Shown here: positions 1 to 9,509 of the stretch, one piece after another | Numbering within the stretch: the first letter of the stretch is position 1 | Layout of the letters: each line of letters begins with the position of its first letter | Made by a program: the position numbers and the translations under genes | Notes under the pieces: model-generated | Database searches by the model: none | Told to the model about the DNA's origin: nothing | The model's input: only the letters and a program-made list of their open reading frames with translations | Source of the DNA: Chloropicon primus | Taxonomy: Eukaryota | Assembly: GCA_023205875.1 (NCBI GenBank) | Contig: CP060754.1 | Coordinates: forward strand, 1,364,001-1,428,000 | Reading direction: 5' to 3' | DNA: 64,000 nucleotides

Positions 1-288
1 GTTGCGGCAGTGATGATGGTGTTTGTTTCGGTGGTTTCGGCCACAGCCGTGAAGCAGCACAGGAGGTTGCAGCAGAACCCGTTCCCTCTGGACTGGGAGG
101 GTTTCTCCGAATCCCTCCTGGACGAGTTGTCCGACAACTACGACTTTGGAGACCTCCTTGGCGTCCCGACGACGAACGGCTACGATTCCGTCTTCAACGA
201 GTTCGTCCTCGCGTTGGGGGCCATCCTCGGGGCGGGTGCCCAGAGGGCCTACGACGGGCCCGTCGCCGCGGCGAGCCCCTTGGGATAA
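1..288 (+). CDS. 3' part of a hypothetical (possibly secreted) small protein, running in from the window edge
   Basis: Frame open from position 1 to TAA at 286-288; coding-like codon use; hydrophobic stretch then 'RRLQQ'; no family recognised. Confidence 0.4.
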   Translation, partial: VAAVMMVFVSVVSATAVKQHRRLQQNPFPLDWEGFSESLLDELSDNYDFGDLLGVPTTNGYDSVFNEFVLALGAILGAGAQRAYDGPVAAASPLG

Positions 289-920
289 GAAGCCGCCGCT
301 GCTCTCTCTGTCTCTCTCTGTCTGTCTGTGTGACTCCCCCGGCGGCGGAGGAGGTCTCTGTCTGTGGGCACCTCGGCTGCTGGCGGGGAGGAGTCAGGGA
401 GGAGGGCGAGGAGTTTGGCCGCATGCCTGGTCTCTTGTAACAAGGTTTACCCACTTTTTCCTTCTTCTTTTTCTTTGGTCAACGAGAACGAACGAGCGAG
501 ACGACTTGGACGATCCCCAACCCGGCTCACACCTTCACAAGAGGCACACACAAAAGACGCGCACAAACGAGGGAAAAAGGAACACGGGACGACTGGGGGG
601 TGGCTTTTCGACTTTCACCTCTTGGATCTCTCTCGGTGTCATCATTCAGTCAGCACGCACGCGCGCGTACAACAACATGGGACAAGCTTCCGCTCTGAAT
701 ATTTAGTGTCGTGGTTTCCTTCGCGAGTCGTCGTCGTCGTCTTCACATCTCCGCGGGAGGCCCCCTCGCGCTCCCTCCACCCCCATCATCCTCGCACGCG
801 GGTGGTGCACCGAGGACAGGCCCCGAGCTCAACTCAACTCTCAGCCGAGCGGGACCCCGCGTTCTTCCGGAGCGCCTCAACCCCCAAGGCGCCCCAAGGC
901 ACCGCTCCCCCCTCACCCTC

Positions 921-1232
921 TCACTTGCTCGCCTTGGCCTCCAACTCCCTCCTCACTGCCTCCTCGAGCTCCTCCTTGGCCCCTCCGGGGCTCGTCCCCC
1001 GCACCGCCCTCATGGTGTACAAGTACGCTCCCCCCACGAAGAAGCACAGGCTGACACCAAAGACCCAGTTGGGCAGCCCCGTCTTGGTCTTCCTCCCTTG
1101 GCCGTACCCTGCCGCCCTGAGCATCTCCGGGTAGTCTGACTTCTTCATCCTGAATGCCGTCGGACTCACGACCTTGCTCCCACCACCACCGACTCCTCCC
1201 TTCTCATTCCTCTCGAACGGCGTCTTCGCCAT
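921..1232 (-). CDS. Small single-TM mitochondrial protein, COA3/CCDC56-like
   Basis: 103 aa from ATG 1232; 'NWVFGVSLCFFVGGAYLYTMRAV' TM followed by an acidic coiled coil resembles COA3. Confidence 0.5.
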   Translation of the reverse strand: MAKTPFERNEKGGVGGGGSKVVSPTAFRMKKSDYPEMLRAAGYGQGRKTKTGLPNWVFGVSLCFFVGGAYLYTMRAVRGTSPGGAKEELEEAVRRELEAKASK

Positions 1233-2141
1233 CCTCAACCACCTTGCTGCTTGCTCAAGACAGATCAAACCCAACCCAACCCATCACATAAGACAAAAAA
1301 AAAGAAAGAGACAGAGACAGAGAGACAGAACGTTTGTTTCCTCTATCAGTCTTCACCCTGGGATCAAACGACGCACTCGATGCTCCGTCCCTCCTCTCGG
1401 GGATCGTTCGAGACTCACCTCACCTCACCTCCTCTCCAACTGGCCACGACCACGAATCAAAGCCAACAAAGCAAACAAAACAATCACAATGGAGAGAGAG
1501 AGCGCCCGCGAGAGAGAGCGAGAGAATGCGGATGTCTTGATCGATGCCGAAGAACCCTCTGTTCCCTTCTTCTGTTCCCTTCTTCTGTTCCCTTCTGTGG
1601 AGTGAAACCTCCTCCTCGTCGTCGTCGTCTGAGAATTTTAGTTTTTTGTTTTGTTTTGTGGGCCACAGAAACTGGATAAGGGGGAAAAGGACGAGAACAC
1701 ACACAGACGGAGGAAGACGGCGTCGAGGGCGACGAGAGGAGGGCGACGCTTTCAGGGGACGTCGTGCATATCGAAACGTCTTGTTGAGATCTTTCCATCG
1801 ACTCCTTTCTCGAAAGGAACGACGAAAGGGTGAGGATTCCTCGACCGAAAGAGGTCGGTGCCTTCTGTGCTAGTTGAGGGATTGGTTGATCCTCGAGGGA
1901 AGCGTTACGTTGCGTTGCGCTAACTAACCGACGAAGCCCCTTCTCTCGCGCGCGCTCTATCTCTCTGTCTCTTGGGGGACAAAAGGCTTGGACCGATTCA
2001 CGAGCTCGATAGGAGGAGACTGCTGAGGTGAGGTGTGCGAATCGATCGATTAAATCATTCCTCGTTCGTTCGTTCGTTGGTTGGTTGGTTCGCCTTCTCT
2101 CCTCCTCCTCCTCCTCGGTGTAGGCCACACGCGGAGGCGGG

Positions 2142-5100
2142 ATGGCGTCGACGAGGGCGCTTGCTAGGCCACGGGGCTTGAGGCGGACGCACTCCTCCTG
2201 TTCCTCCTCCTCCTGTTCCTCCCCCCCCTTGTCGCGCAGCAGCAGCGTGACAGGTGGGTGGTGGAGGTCCCGTTCTGGCCGACGTGGCTCTTCGAGCGAC
2301 GGGCCGCCTGCTTCTTCTTCTTCTTCTTCGTACTCCGTGGTGGTTCCGAGGACCAAGGCGGGGAGGGGGAAGAAGGTCTCGACGACGAACAAGGAGAACG
2401 AGAAGAGGAACAAGAGCGCAGGTTCCTCCCCTTCCCTGGAGTTGCTGAGGGGGTACGGCGTGCAGGGGGACTTGGGAAGAGGGGATCCGAGCCCGCTCGG
2501 CCCCTCGTGGGTTCGCTCGCCGGGGTCCGCCCACACTCTGAACCTGGCGGTGTTCTCGGACGTCTCGACGGGCATGGCGGTGTGCTTGTTCACGAAGGAG
2601 GGCCTCGAGAGAAACAGCGGCCCGGCCCTCGAGATCGAGCTCGACCCGAGGAGAAACAGGACGGGGCACGTGTGGCACTGCTCCCTGCAGTTCGACGTCG
2701 AGGGACCGGGGGAGAAGCCCTACACGGAATTGTTCTACGCTTACAGGGTCTCTGGGGTGAAGATGACCTCCAAGAACGCGTTGACGGGGGAGCCCGAGCC
2801 TGGGCCGGGGGTGGTCTTCAACCCTGACTCCGGGGACTTAAGGGAGGCGAGGGACTTTCTCGTGGACCCCTACGCGGTGGCCATCGCGAGCAGGGCGCGG
2901 TGGGGGCAGCTGGCCAGCGAGGAAGCGGGCGCCCCCGACAAGGGGTACGATTCGATCACGGAGAGGTTCGGGCCCTGCTGGGCACAGCACGCCTGCTGCC
3001 TCCCAAGCGTCGATGGCTTCGATTGGGAGGGGGACAAGCCCCTGAACTTGAGGATGGAGGACCTCGTCATTTACGAGCTCCACGTTAGGGGGTTCACCCA
3101 GCACGCGAGTAGCAACGTGAAGCACCCGGGGACCTACAAGGGCCTCACCGAGAAGCTCGATTACTTGCAGGATCTGGGCGTGAATTGCGTGGAGCTGATG
3201 CCTGTCAACGAGTTCAACGAGCTGGAGTACTACGAGCTGAGCCCGCCCAACGGCGTGTACAGGTATAACGTTTGGGGCTACAGCACCGTTGGGTTCTTTG
3301 CCCCCATGGCGAGGTACGGCTCCTGCCTGAGCGAGGGCGGGGACCTCGGGAAGACGGGCGAGGTGGTTAAGGAGTTCAAGGAGATGGTCAAGATGTGCCA
3401 CCAGCGGGGAATCGAGGTGATCATCGACGTCGTGTTCAACCACACGGCCGAAGGGAACGAACACGGGCCTTGCCTGAGCTTCAGGGGGCTGGGGAACAGG
3501 GTGTACTACATGCTTGCGCCTCAGGGGGAGTACTACAACTACTCTGGCTGCGGGAACACTGTGAACTGCAACCACCCGGTCACCAGGGAATTCATCTTGG
3601 ATTGCCTGAGGTACTGGGTGGTGGAAATGCACGTCGACGGGTTCAGGTTCGACTTGGCGTCAATCCTATCGAGAAACCACTCGAGCTGGACGCAGTTGGA
3701 TTCCTCGTCCAGGGGCGCGGCCACCGAAGGGACGCCCCAAGGGGGGGAGGTGGTGCCGCTTTCGGAGCCTGCTAGGCCCCTTGGCGGTCCGGAAGCGCAG
3801 GCCGGCGACGAGATCACCGCGGGCTGTGCCGGCGAAGTCGACGAGTACGTTCACGACGACGACGTGCCGACCGGGAAGCCTTTGAGCGATCCCCCGCTGC
3901 TCCAAGCGATCAGCACGGACCCCGTCCTGAAGGACACGAAGCTGATCGCAGAAGCCTGGGACTGCGATGGCCTCAACCAAGTGGGCAGCTTTCCGCATTA
4001 CGGCGGGAGGTGGTCAGAGTGGAACGGCATCTTCAGAGACAATGTGAGGAACTTCATCAAGGGATCTGACGGTCCTTGGGCGGGCACCTTTGCCGGGGCC
4101 ATCTGCGGCTCTCCTGATGTCTATGGCAACGCCGAACCCGGCGAAGGGGACTGGTGGGGGAGCAACGATGGCAGAATCTGGAGGGGCACGAGGGGGCCGA
4201 CCGCGAGCATCAACTTCGTAACGGCGCACGACGGATTCACCCTCGCAGACCTCGTGAGCTACAACTCGAAGCATAACGAGGCGAATGGGGAGCAAAACAA
4301 CGACGGGGAGCAGCACAACAACAGCTGGAATTGCGGCCAGGAGGGCAAGAGCGAGGATCAGGGGGTGATCGAGCTCCGCCATAAGCAGCTCAGGAACTTT
4401 GCTGCTGTGTTGCTGGTTTCCCAGGGCGTTCCGATGCTCGTCATGGGGGACGAGTACGGGCACAGCAAGGGGGGGAATAACAACACGTACTGCCACGACG
4501 GGGACATCAATTACTTTCAGTGGGACGTGTGCGAGAAGCAGGAGGGACTGGTCAGGTTCTTCCGGAAGATGATCCACTTGAGAAGAGGGAATTCGAATCT
4601 GAGGCAAAGCGCTTACATGGACGGGAGCAGAATCCAGTGGCACGGGGTCAAGGCCTCTGAGCCCGATTGGTCGGACACCTCAAGATTTGTCGCCTTCTCG
4701 GTCACGGGCGACGCGGAAGCAGATGACCTGTACATAGCATTCAATGCCGGGCACTCCCCACTGATGATTGAGGTGCCTGCTCCCGAGTCCGGCAGCAGGT
4801 GGGAGATGACGGCGGACACCAGCAAGCCCGCGCCTTACGACTTCCTGGACTGCGACGAAATGCTGGGGGCGGAGGATCTGAAAACCGCAAAGCAGCAATC
4901 TCAGACTTGCCTGGACAACGGTTACTACACCGTTGCTCCCTACTCGTGCATCATCTTGACGAGAGTGGTGAAGGAGGCGAGCTCAGACGAGTTGGACGAC
5001 TTTTCGATAAGTTCTTTCACGATCTCGAGACCGGCAGAAAGGGCTTCCAAGCCAAACAAGCCGAAGAAGCCAAGGAAGGCGAAGGCACCCAAAATCGAGC

Positions 5101-5198
5101 CCCCCCAAAAGGAAGAAGAGGACGAAACTCTCCTCGGAATTCTGGAGGAAAACCGGAGGCTGAAAGCGCTGTTGGAAGCGAAGAAGCGCAAGAAGTGA
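2142..5198 (+). CDS. ISA1: Isoamylase (GH13 starch debranching enzyme), plastid-targeted, ISA1-like
   Basis: Ser/Arg-rich transit peptide; YELHVRGFT, WGYST, DVVFNHTAEG, VDGFRFDLAS, IAEAWD, INFVTAHDGFTL, GNNNTYCHD motifs. Confidence 0.93.
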   Translation: MASTRALARPRGLRRTHSSCSSSSCSSPPLSRSSSVTGGWWRSRSGRRGSSSDGPPASSSSSSYSVVVPRTKAGRGKKVSTTNKENEKRNKSAGSSPSLELLRGYGVQGDLGRGDPSPLGPSWVRSPGSAHTLNLAVFSDVSTGMAVCLFTKEGLERNSGPALEIELDPRRNRTGHVWHCSLQFDVEGPGEKPYTELFYAYRVSGVKMTSKNALTGEPEPGPGVVFNPDSGDLREARDFLVDPYAVAIASRARWGQLASEEAGAPDKGYDSITERFGPCWAQHACCLPSVDGFDWEGDKPLNLRMEDLVIYELHVRGFTQHASSNVKHPGTYKGLTEKLDYLQDLGVNCVELMPVNEFNELEYYELSPPNGVYRYNVWGYSTVGFFAPMARYGSCLSEGGDLGKTGEVVKEFKEMVKMCHQRGIEVIIDVVFNHTAEGNEHGPCLSFRGLGNRVYYMLAPQGEYYNYSGCGNTVNCNHPVTREFILDCLRYWVVEMHVDGFRFDLASILSRNHSSWTQLDSSSRGAATEGTPQGGEVVPLSEPARPLGGPEAQAGDEITAGCAGEVDEYVHDDDVPTGKPLSDPPLLQAISTDPVLKDTKLIAEAWDCDGLNQVGSFPHYGGRWSEWNGIFRDNVRNFIKGSDGPWAGTFAGAICGSPDVYGNAEPGEGDWWGSNDGRIWRGTRGPTASINFVTAHDGFTLADLVSYNSKHNEANGEQNNDGEQHNNSWNCGQEGKSEDQGVIELRHKQLRNFAAVLLVSQGVPMLVMGDEYGHSKGGNNNTYCHDGDINYFQWDVCEKQEGLVRFFRKMIHLRRGNSNLRQSAYMDGSRIQWHGVKASEPDWSDTSRFVAFSVTGDAEADDLYIAFNAGHSPLMIEVPAPESGSRWEMTADTSKPAPYDFLDCDEMLGAEDLKTAKQQSQTCLDNGYYTVAPYSCIILTRVVKEASSDELDDFSISSFTISRPAERASKPNKPKKPRKAKAPKIEPPQKEEEDETLLGILEENRRLKALLEAKKRKK

Positions 5199-5219
5199 CA
5201 AAATTGCTGTTATCCTATC

Positions 5220-7457
5220 TCATTCGATAACGCTAAGTTTTCTGGGATTCTTGACCTTGAAGGAGAAGATGCTAGACTTCCTCTTGCGGGAGAAGTTGTC
5301 CCCTTCATCCGGAGTTAGCCTAATTCCACCCTCGTCTCCATCGTTTTCCTCTCCCGCCTTCGTCCTGTACACCTGCACCAGCACCTGCCCCGTGGGAACG
5401 CCCTTCAGCGGGAACCAGTCCTCGACAGACTCTCGCTCCCCTAGCGTTTGAACATCGATCTTCACGCTGCCAAGGGGCTTGGCCTTCCCTACGCGGTTGT
5501 AGTCCTTGAGCACGAGATTAAGAGTCTTCTCGTCCGCGCTGTATGGGAAGAGCGCGAAGAAGTTGAACTGCGGATTGAGATTATCACTGAAGACCTCGCT
5601 CTTCTTCTTCGTTTGGCCGTACTCCAGAGAAACGTAAGGGTCACTGTCGCCGTCCTTGTCTGCTTTAATCAAGTTCTTGGCCTCCACGACGCTGACTACG
5701 AGTGTGTTCGTCAAACCCGCATCCGCGAAGAGGTCTTTGTGCGAAATGTTGAACGGCGTCCCCTTCTTGTGCGTTACGGAGTAGAAGATTTGCCCAGAGC
5801 TGCAGTTCCTCAAGTGCTTCCACTCCTTGCGATTGTGGCCATACTTGAGGCCCTTGAGACTTATTTTGCATTTGCCCAAGCTTTCGGACTTCACCTTGTC
5901 CTTGTCGAAGATCTCAACGTCGATGATGTCACCGTGGCGCCCGTGCCGGCGCTCGAAAACGAAGGTTTCCGCCCAAATCGGCGAAGTCGTTTTGGTGATA
6001 ACGCTAGTCTTCTTGCTGTAGCTCTTTCCATACTTCACGAGAGCGTAAGGGTCGCTGGTCCCGCCCCTATCCTTGCCCTCGAGGTGGCGGGCCTTGATGA
6101 TGAACAGGACGATGGTCGAGGGCTCCTTCCTGGTCGGAGAAAGTGATGCGGCAGCCCCTTCGTCGAATTCCCACTTCACCGAGGATATCACGACCTTCAT
6201 CATTCCGTTCGTTCCCTTGATCGGCAGGTCAGCCTCCCAGCCCTCCTCCTCCTCCTCCTCGAGCTTCTTGCACATGGGCAACCCAGCGACGTTCTCCGTC
6301 CAGATCGTCGTGCAGTTGCCCCTCGCGATGGCGAAGTCGAACCGAGACGTCCCTATTCGTGCGTTGTCATTGTTCACGTCGATGACAAGCAGCTCCACGC
6401 ACCCCTTTGCGCCATTCACTTCGATGTCGTACGACTCGTCAACGTCCGGGTCGCTTCCCTTCAGCACCTTTGACCTGAACGTGTTCAGGTCCGTGCTCAC
6501 AACGATTTGGGGCATCATCAGGTACTTGGCGTCCGAGACCGGGATGGACTCGCAGGAGCGAACTTGAAGCTTGAGCTTTCCTCCGTGGGGCTCCGCGGGC
6601 AGCCGTCCGAGAATGATCTCCTCCATCAGCAGGACAACCCTCTTTGGCTCCACGATCGCTTTCTCAAAGCTGCTCTCCAGGAAGTCCTTGACGTTGAAGA
6701 AAGGAATCGCCTTCGGGCTGATCCCAGCCATGTGAGAGTCGAAGAGGTAAAACTTGGGCCTGTTCACGGCAGTGATGAACAACATATTCGTCCCCTTGTG
6801 GATGTAAAGCCTCGCCCTGAACTTGAAGCCCAGAGCGGTTAGCTTTACGCTAAAGTGCCTCCCCTTGAGCAGCATGTACTCATCAGCACCAATGGCTTTG
6901 ATAATGAGTCGAAAGTCTTTGCCATTGAAGTCCACGTCGAACTCCATCACCTTGAGGTCCGGGTCATCTGTCCCTTGAACCACAAAGTTGTTGACGTTGG
7001 GTGGATTGGAGCCAAAGCCACAGGATTCTATCTCCATCTTCGACACGAAGGCAGGCTTCTTCTCCGCAATGATGCCGGAGATGGCATCGTATACAATCGT
7101 CGCGATCTTCTCCTCGATCAGATCCTCCCAGAACGAGTCCATGAAGGCACCAAGCCACAGCGTGGACTCGTTGGGAGTCTTGTAGCTCGTCAAGGCTCTC
7201 TCAATCTTTGCCCTGTCAAGGAGGTCATCCCTCGCGTTCTGTGCTTTCACGTCAAACACGTGGGAGCAGATGTACACCGTGAGGAGTATCCCGGTAAAGT
7301 ACGTGCCTTGGCCAACAAGGTAGTGCTCCAACCATATCAAAGGCGCCAGCAGCAAGGCTACTCCAAAGATTTTTCCATACCTGACCCTGGCATTCTTGGT
7401 ACTCTGCTTCTTCAAGCGGCGGACAAACGCCTTGTCCTCCTCCTTGGGCAAGCCCAT
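5220..7457 (-). CDS. Synaptotagmin-like protein (N-terminal TM, SMP domain, three C2 domains)
   Basis: TM segments; 'ESTLWLGAFMDSFW' SMP start; C2 motifs 'ARHLEGKDRGGTSDPY' and 'AKNLIKADKDGDSDPYV'; ATG at 7457. Confidence 0.85.
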   Translation of the reverse strand: MGLPKEEDKAFVRRLKKQSTKNARVRYGKIFGVALLLAPLIWLEHYLVGQGTYFTGILLTVYICSHVFDVKAQNARDDLLDRAKIERALTSYKTPNESTLWLGAFMDSFWEDLIEEKIATIVYDAISGIIAEKKPAFVSKMEIESCGFGSNPPNVNNFVVQGTDDPDLKVMEFDVDFNGKDFRLIIKAIGADEYMLLKGRHFSVKLTALGFKFRARLYIHKGTNMLFITAVNRPKFYLFDSHMAGISPKAIPFFNVKDFLESSFEKAIVEPKRVVLLMEEIILGRLPAEPHGGKLKLQVRSCESIPVSDAKYLMMPQIVVSTDLNTFRSKVLKGSDPDVDESYDIEVNGAKGCVELLVIDVNNDNARIGTSRFDFAIARGNCTTIWTENVAGLPMCKKLEEEEEEGWEADLPIKGTNGMMKVVISSVKWEFDEGAAASLSPTRKEPSTIVLFIIKARHLEGKDRGGTSDPYALVKYGKSYSKKTSVITKTTSPIWAETFVFERRHGRHGDIIDVEIFDKDKVKSESLGKCKISLKGLKYGHNRKEWKHLRNCSSGQIFYSVTHKKGTPFNISHKDLFADAGLTNTLVVSVVEAKNLIKADKDGDSDPYVSLEYGQTKKKSEVFSDNLNPQFNFFALFPYSADEKTLNLVLKDYNRVGKAKPLGSVKIDVQTLGERESVEDWFPLKGVPTGQVLVQVYRTKAGEENDGDEGGIRLTPDEGDNFSRKRKSSIFSFKVKNPRKLSVIE

Positions 7458-7945
7458 ACTCTGTCCTGCTGTCCAGTCAATGCACAACGAGGAGAAGCAA
7501 AGCAGAGGGGTGGAGGAGAAGTTGAGCAAAGGGGACGGAAGCAGAGGTAGGCGCTTGGTAGTCTCTGAGCTCCCAGCTCACATGCTTCGCTACTCGAGAA
7601 TAGGAGCATAAAACCGTAAATAACAAAGTTACAGTTAGCTGGGTGTCCATCATCAAGGCCTTTGTGGATGACGACGATGGTGGTGATGGTGGTAACGGAT
7701 GGCGGTCGACCATGCTTTTGGCGTTCTCCCTTGGTGGTATTAATGCTGGGGGTCCGTGTGCCCTCTCGCTCGCCTTGCTTTGGGCGGCACACGATCCCAA
7801 GGACAGGCATCGTGATGATGATGGGCGTGGCGTGGTGTAACGATACTGATACTGATACTGATGACACGCTACACGACCGAGAAATGGCGCCGATCGGGCC
7901 ACTCACTCACGAAAGCTAAACCTCTGAAATTCTGTGTTCGGTGAC

Positions 7946-9136
7946 TCAAGACCTCTTCAGCTCGTATTCGTGCAACAGCTTTGCTTTCTCTCCCCAAAAT
8001 TGTACGCGGACCTCGTGTTGCGCGACCGAGACGGTCACGAAGCCTGGAACCGCTTCGAAAAACTTGGCCTTGTTGCAGCAGAGGCCAGTCTGCAGGTCCT
8101 GAGGCAAAGCCCCAGAGCCCGATGTGACGTAGTGCAACCCCGACTTCTTGTCCTCCTCGATGTCTTGAAGCACCAAGTCGTGCCCGTTCAGGTACAAGTT
8201 CACCTTGTGACGCTTGAATATGGATCGGAGCTGCTGGAGCTCTGCTGTGTTTCCGTTCACGCCATTCGAAAGGATGGGATGGTGTCCCACGACAACTTTC
8301 CAAGGCGCTGTTGACTGCTCGAGGTGTGACTCAAGCATATCGAGCTGAGCTTGCAGCTTGCTCTGCTCGGACAGGATGCCCCCGGGATACGAAGCCCAAG
8401 GCTTGTTGAGGTACTTGTGAATGAAGGGAGAAGTGTCCAGGAAGTAGAGGTCAAGGGATTTGTGCTGCTTCACCGAGAAGCTCTCTCGCCGCCCCCCACA
8501 GCACACCCAATTCTTCGCCAAGTTCTCTTCGTTCAAGGCAGTCATCTGGTACAGCGGGGAAGACTCTGCCATGCCGTCCGCCTTGTCGTTTCTCGAGCCG
8601 TAGTCCTGCTCGCCGAGAACAGAGTACCAGTTCACCTGAGAAAGAGAAGGATAGCCCTGGTACACCGAAAGGAACGTCTCATTGTACGCGGGATCCGCCT
8701 TGTCCTTCATTCCTCCATAGATGTTGTCCCCCGTGCTGACAACGAAATCTGGCTGAAGCACCACGCCGACGTAAGCCATCTCTTTCGCGATCCTTTCTTG
8801 GATCTCCTTCGCGGTGCCAAAGTCGCCAGAGGACTGCAGGGTCCCGCCCATCCCGAAGTCTCCGACAACGAGGAACTTGGTGTCGAAGAGCTGACCACTC
8901 GAACTCACAGGTCTTGCTTTGAGGTAGCCTAAACTCTTTGTATAGACGATATGAACCCCAATGGCCGTGCCGATGAGGAGAGAGGAGGCGCAGGAGAGCA
9001 AGAGGACGAGCATCCCGCACCTCGTCATGCGATCCCTCTTCAAGCTACCAGGACGCAAGTCCTTCTTATTGTCCAACAAGTCATACTCGAGCCGTTCTCT
9101 CTTGCCCTCCACGTGGAGCGACTCGTACTTTTTCAT
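7946..9136 (-). CDS. Membrane-anchored purple/tartrate-resistant acid phosphatase-like metallophosphoesterase (some metal ligands altered)
   Basis: GDFG, TGDNIY, WYSVLGEQDY, VVGHHP, YLNGHDL motifs; N-terminal TM. Confidence 0.85.
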   Translation of the reverse strand: MKKYESLHVEGKRERLEYDLLDNKKDLRPGSLKRDRMTRCGMLVLLLSCASSLLIGTAIGVHIVYTKSLGYLKARPVSSSGQLFDTKFLVVGDFGMGGTLQSSGDFGTAKEIQERIAKEMAYVGVVLQPDFVVSTGDNIYGGMKDKADPAYNETFLSVYQGYPSLSQVNWYSVLGEQDYGSRNDKADGMAESSPLYQMTALNEENLAKNWVCCGGRRESFSVKQHKSLDLYFLDTSPFIHKYLNKPWASYPGGILSEQSKLQAQLDMLESHLEQSTAPWKVVVGHHPILSNGVNGNTAELQQLRSIFKRHKVNLYLNGHDLVLQDIEEDKKSGLHYVTSGSGALPQDLQTGLCCNKAKFFEAVPGFVTVSVAQHEVRVQFWGEKAKLLHEYELKRS

Positions 9137-9509
9137 CCTTTCTCTTTGCCGGTGAGCCGGGGTTGTCAAAGGTCACTTGGTTCCTCGGCTTGGTTCTCGC
9201 AAGAGGAGTCACGAGAGGCCAGCACTCACTGGACTTCAAAGATGACACCTTTGCCTCCTCACTTGGCCACCATCTTCCTCCCCTGAATGATGAAGATCAT
9301 CAGCTTGTGAGATGAGGAGGAGGATGCAAGGTGGGACTCGAGACGAGGAGCTGAGGAGATCGAAACATCATGTGCAGAGGTGCCGCCACCGTCGACCCCT
9401 TGCTTGGATGGTCGTGACTCCACCATGCCCCGGAAGCTACAATCAGTCATCGGCAATGACACAACGCACAGCGGGCGATAAAATTATGATTAAAATAGTA
9501 GAAGTACAG

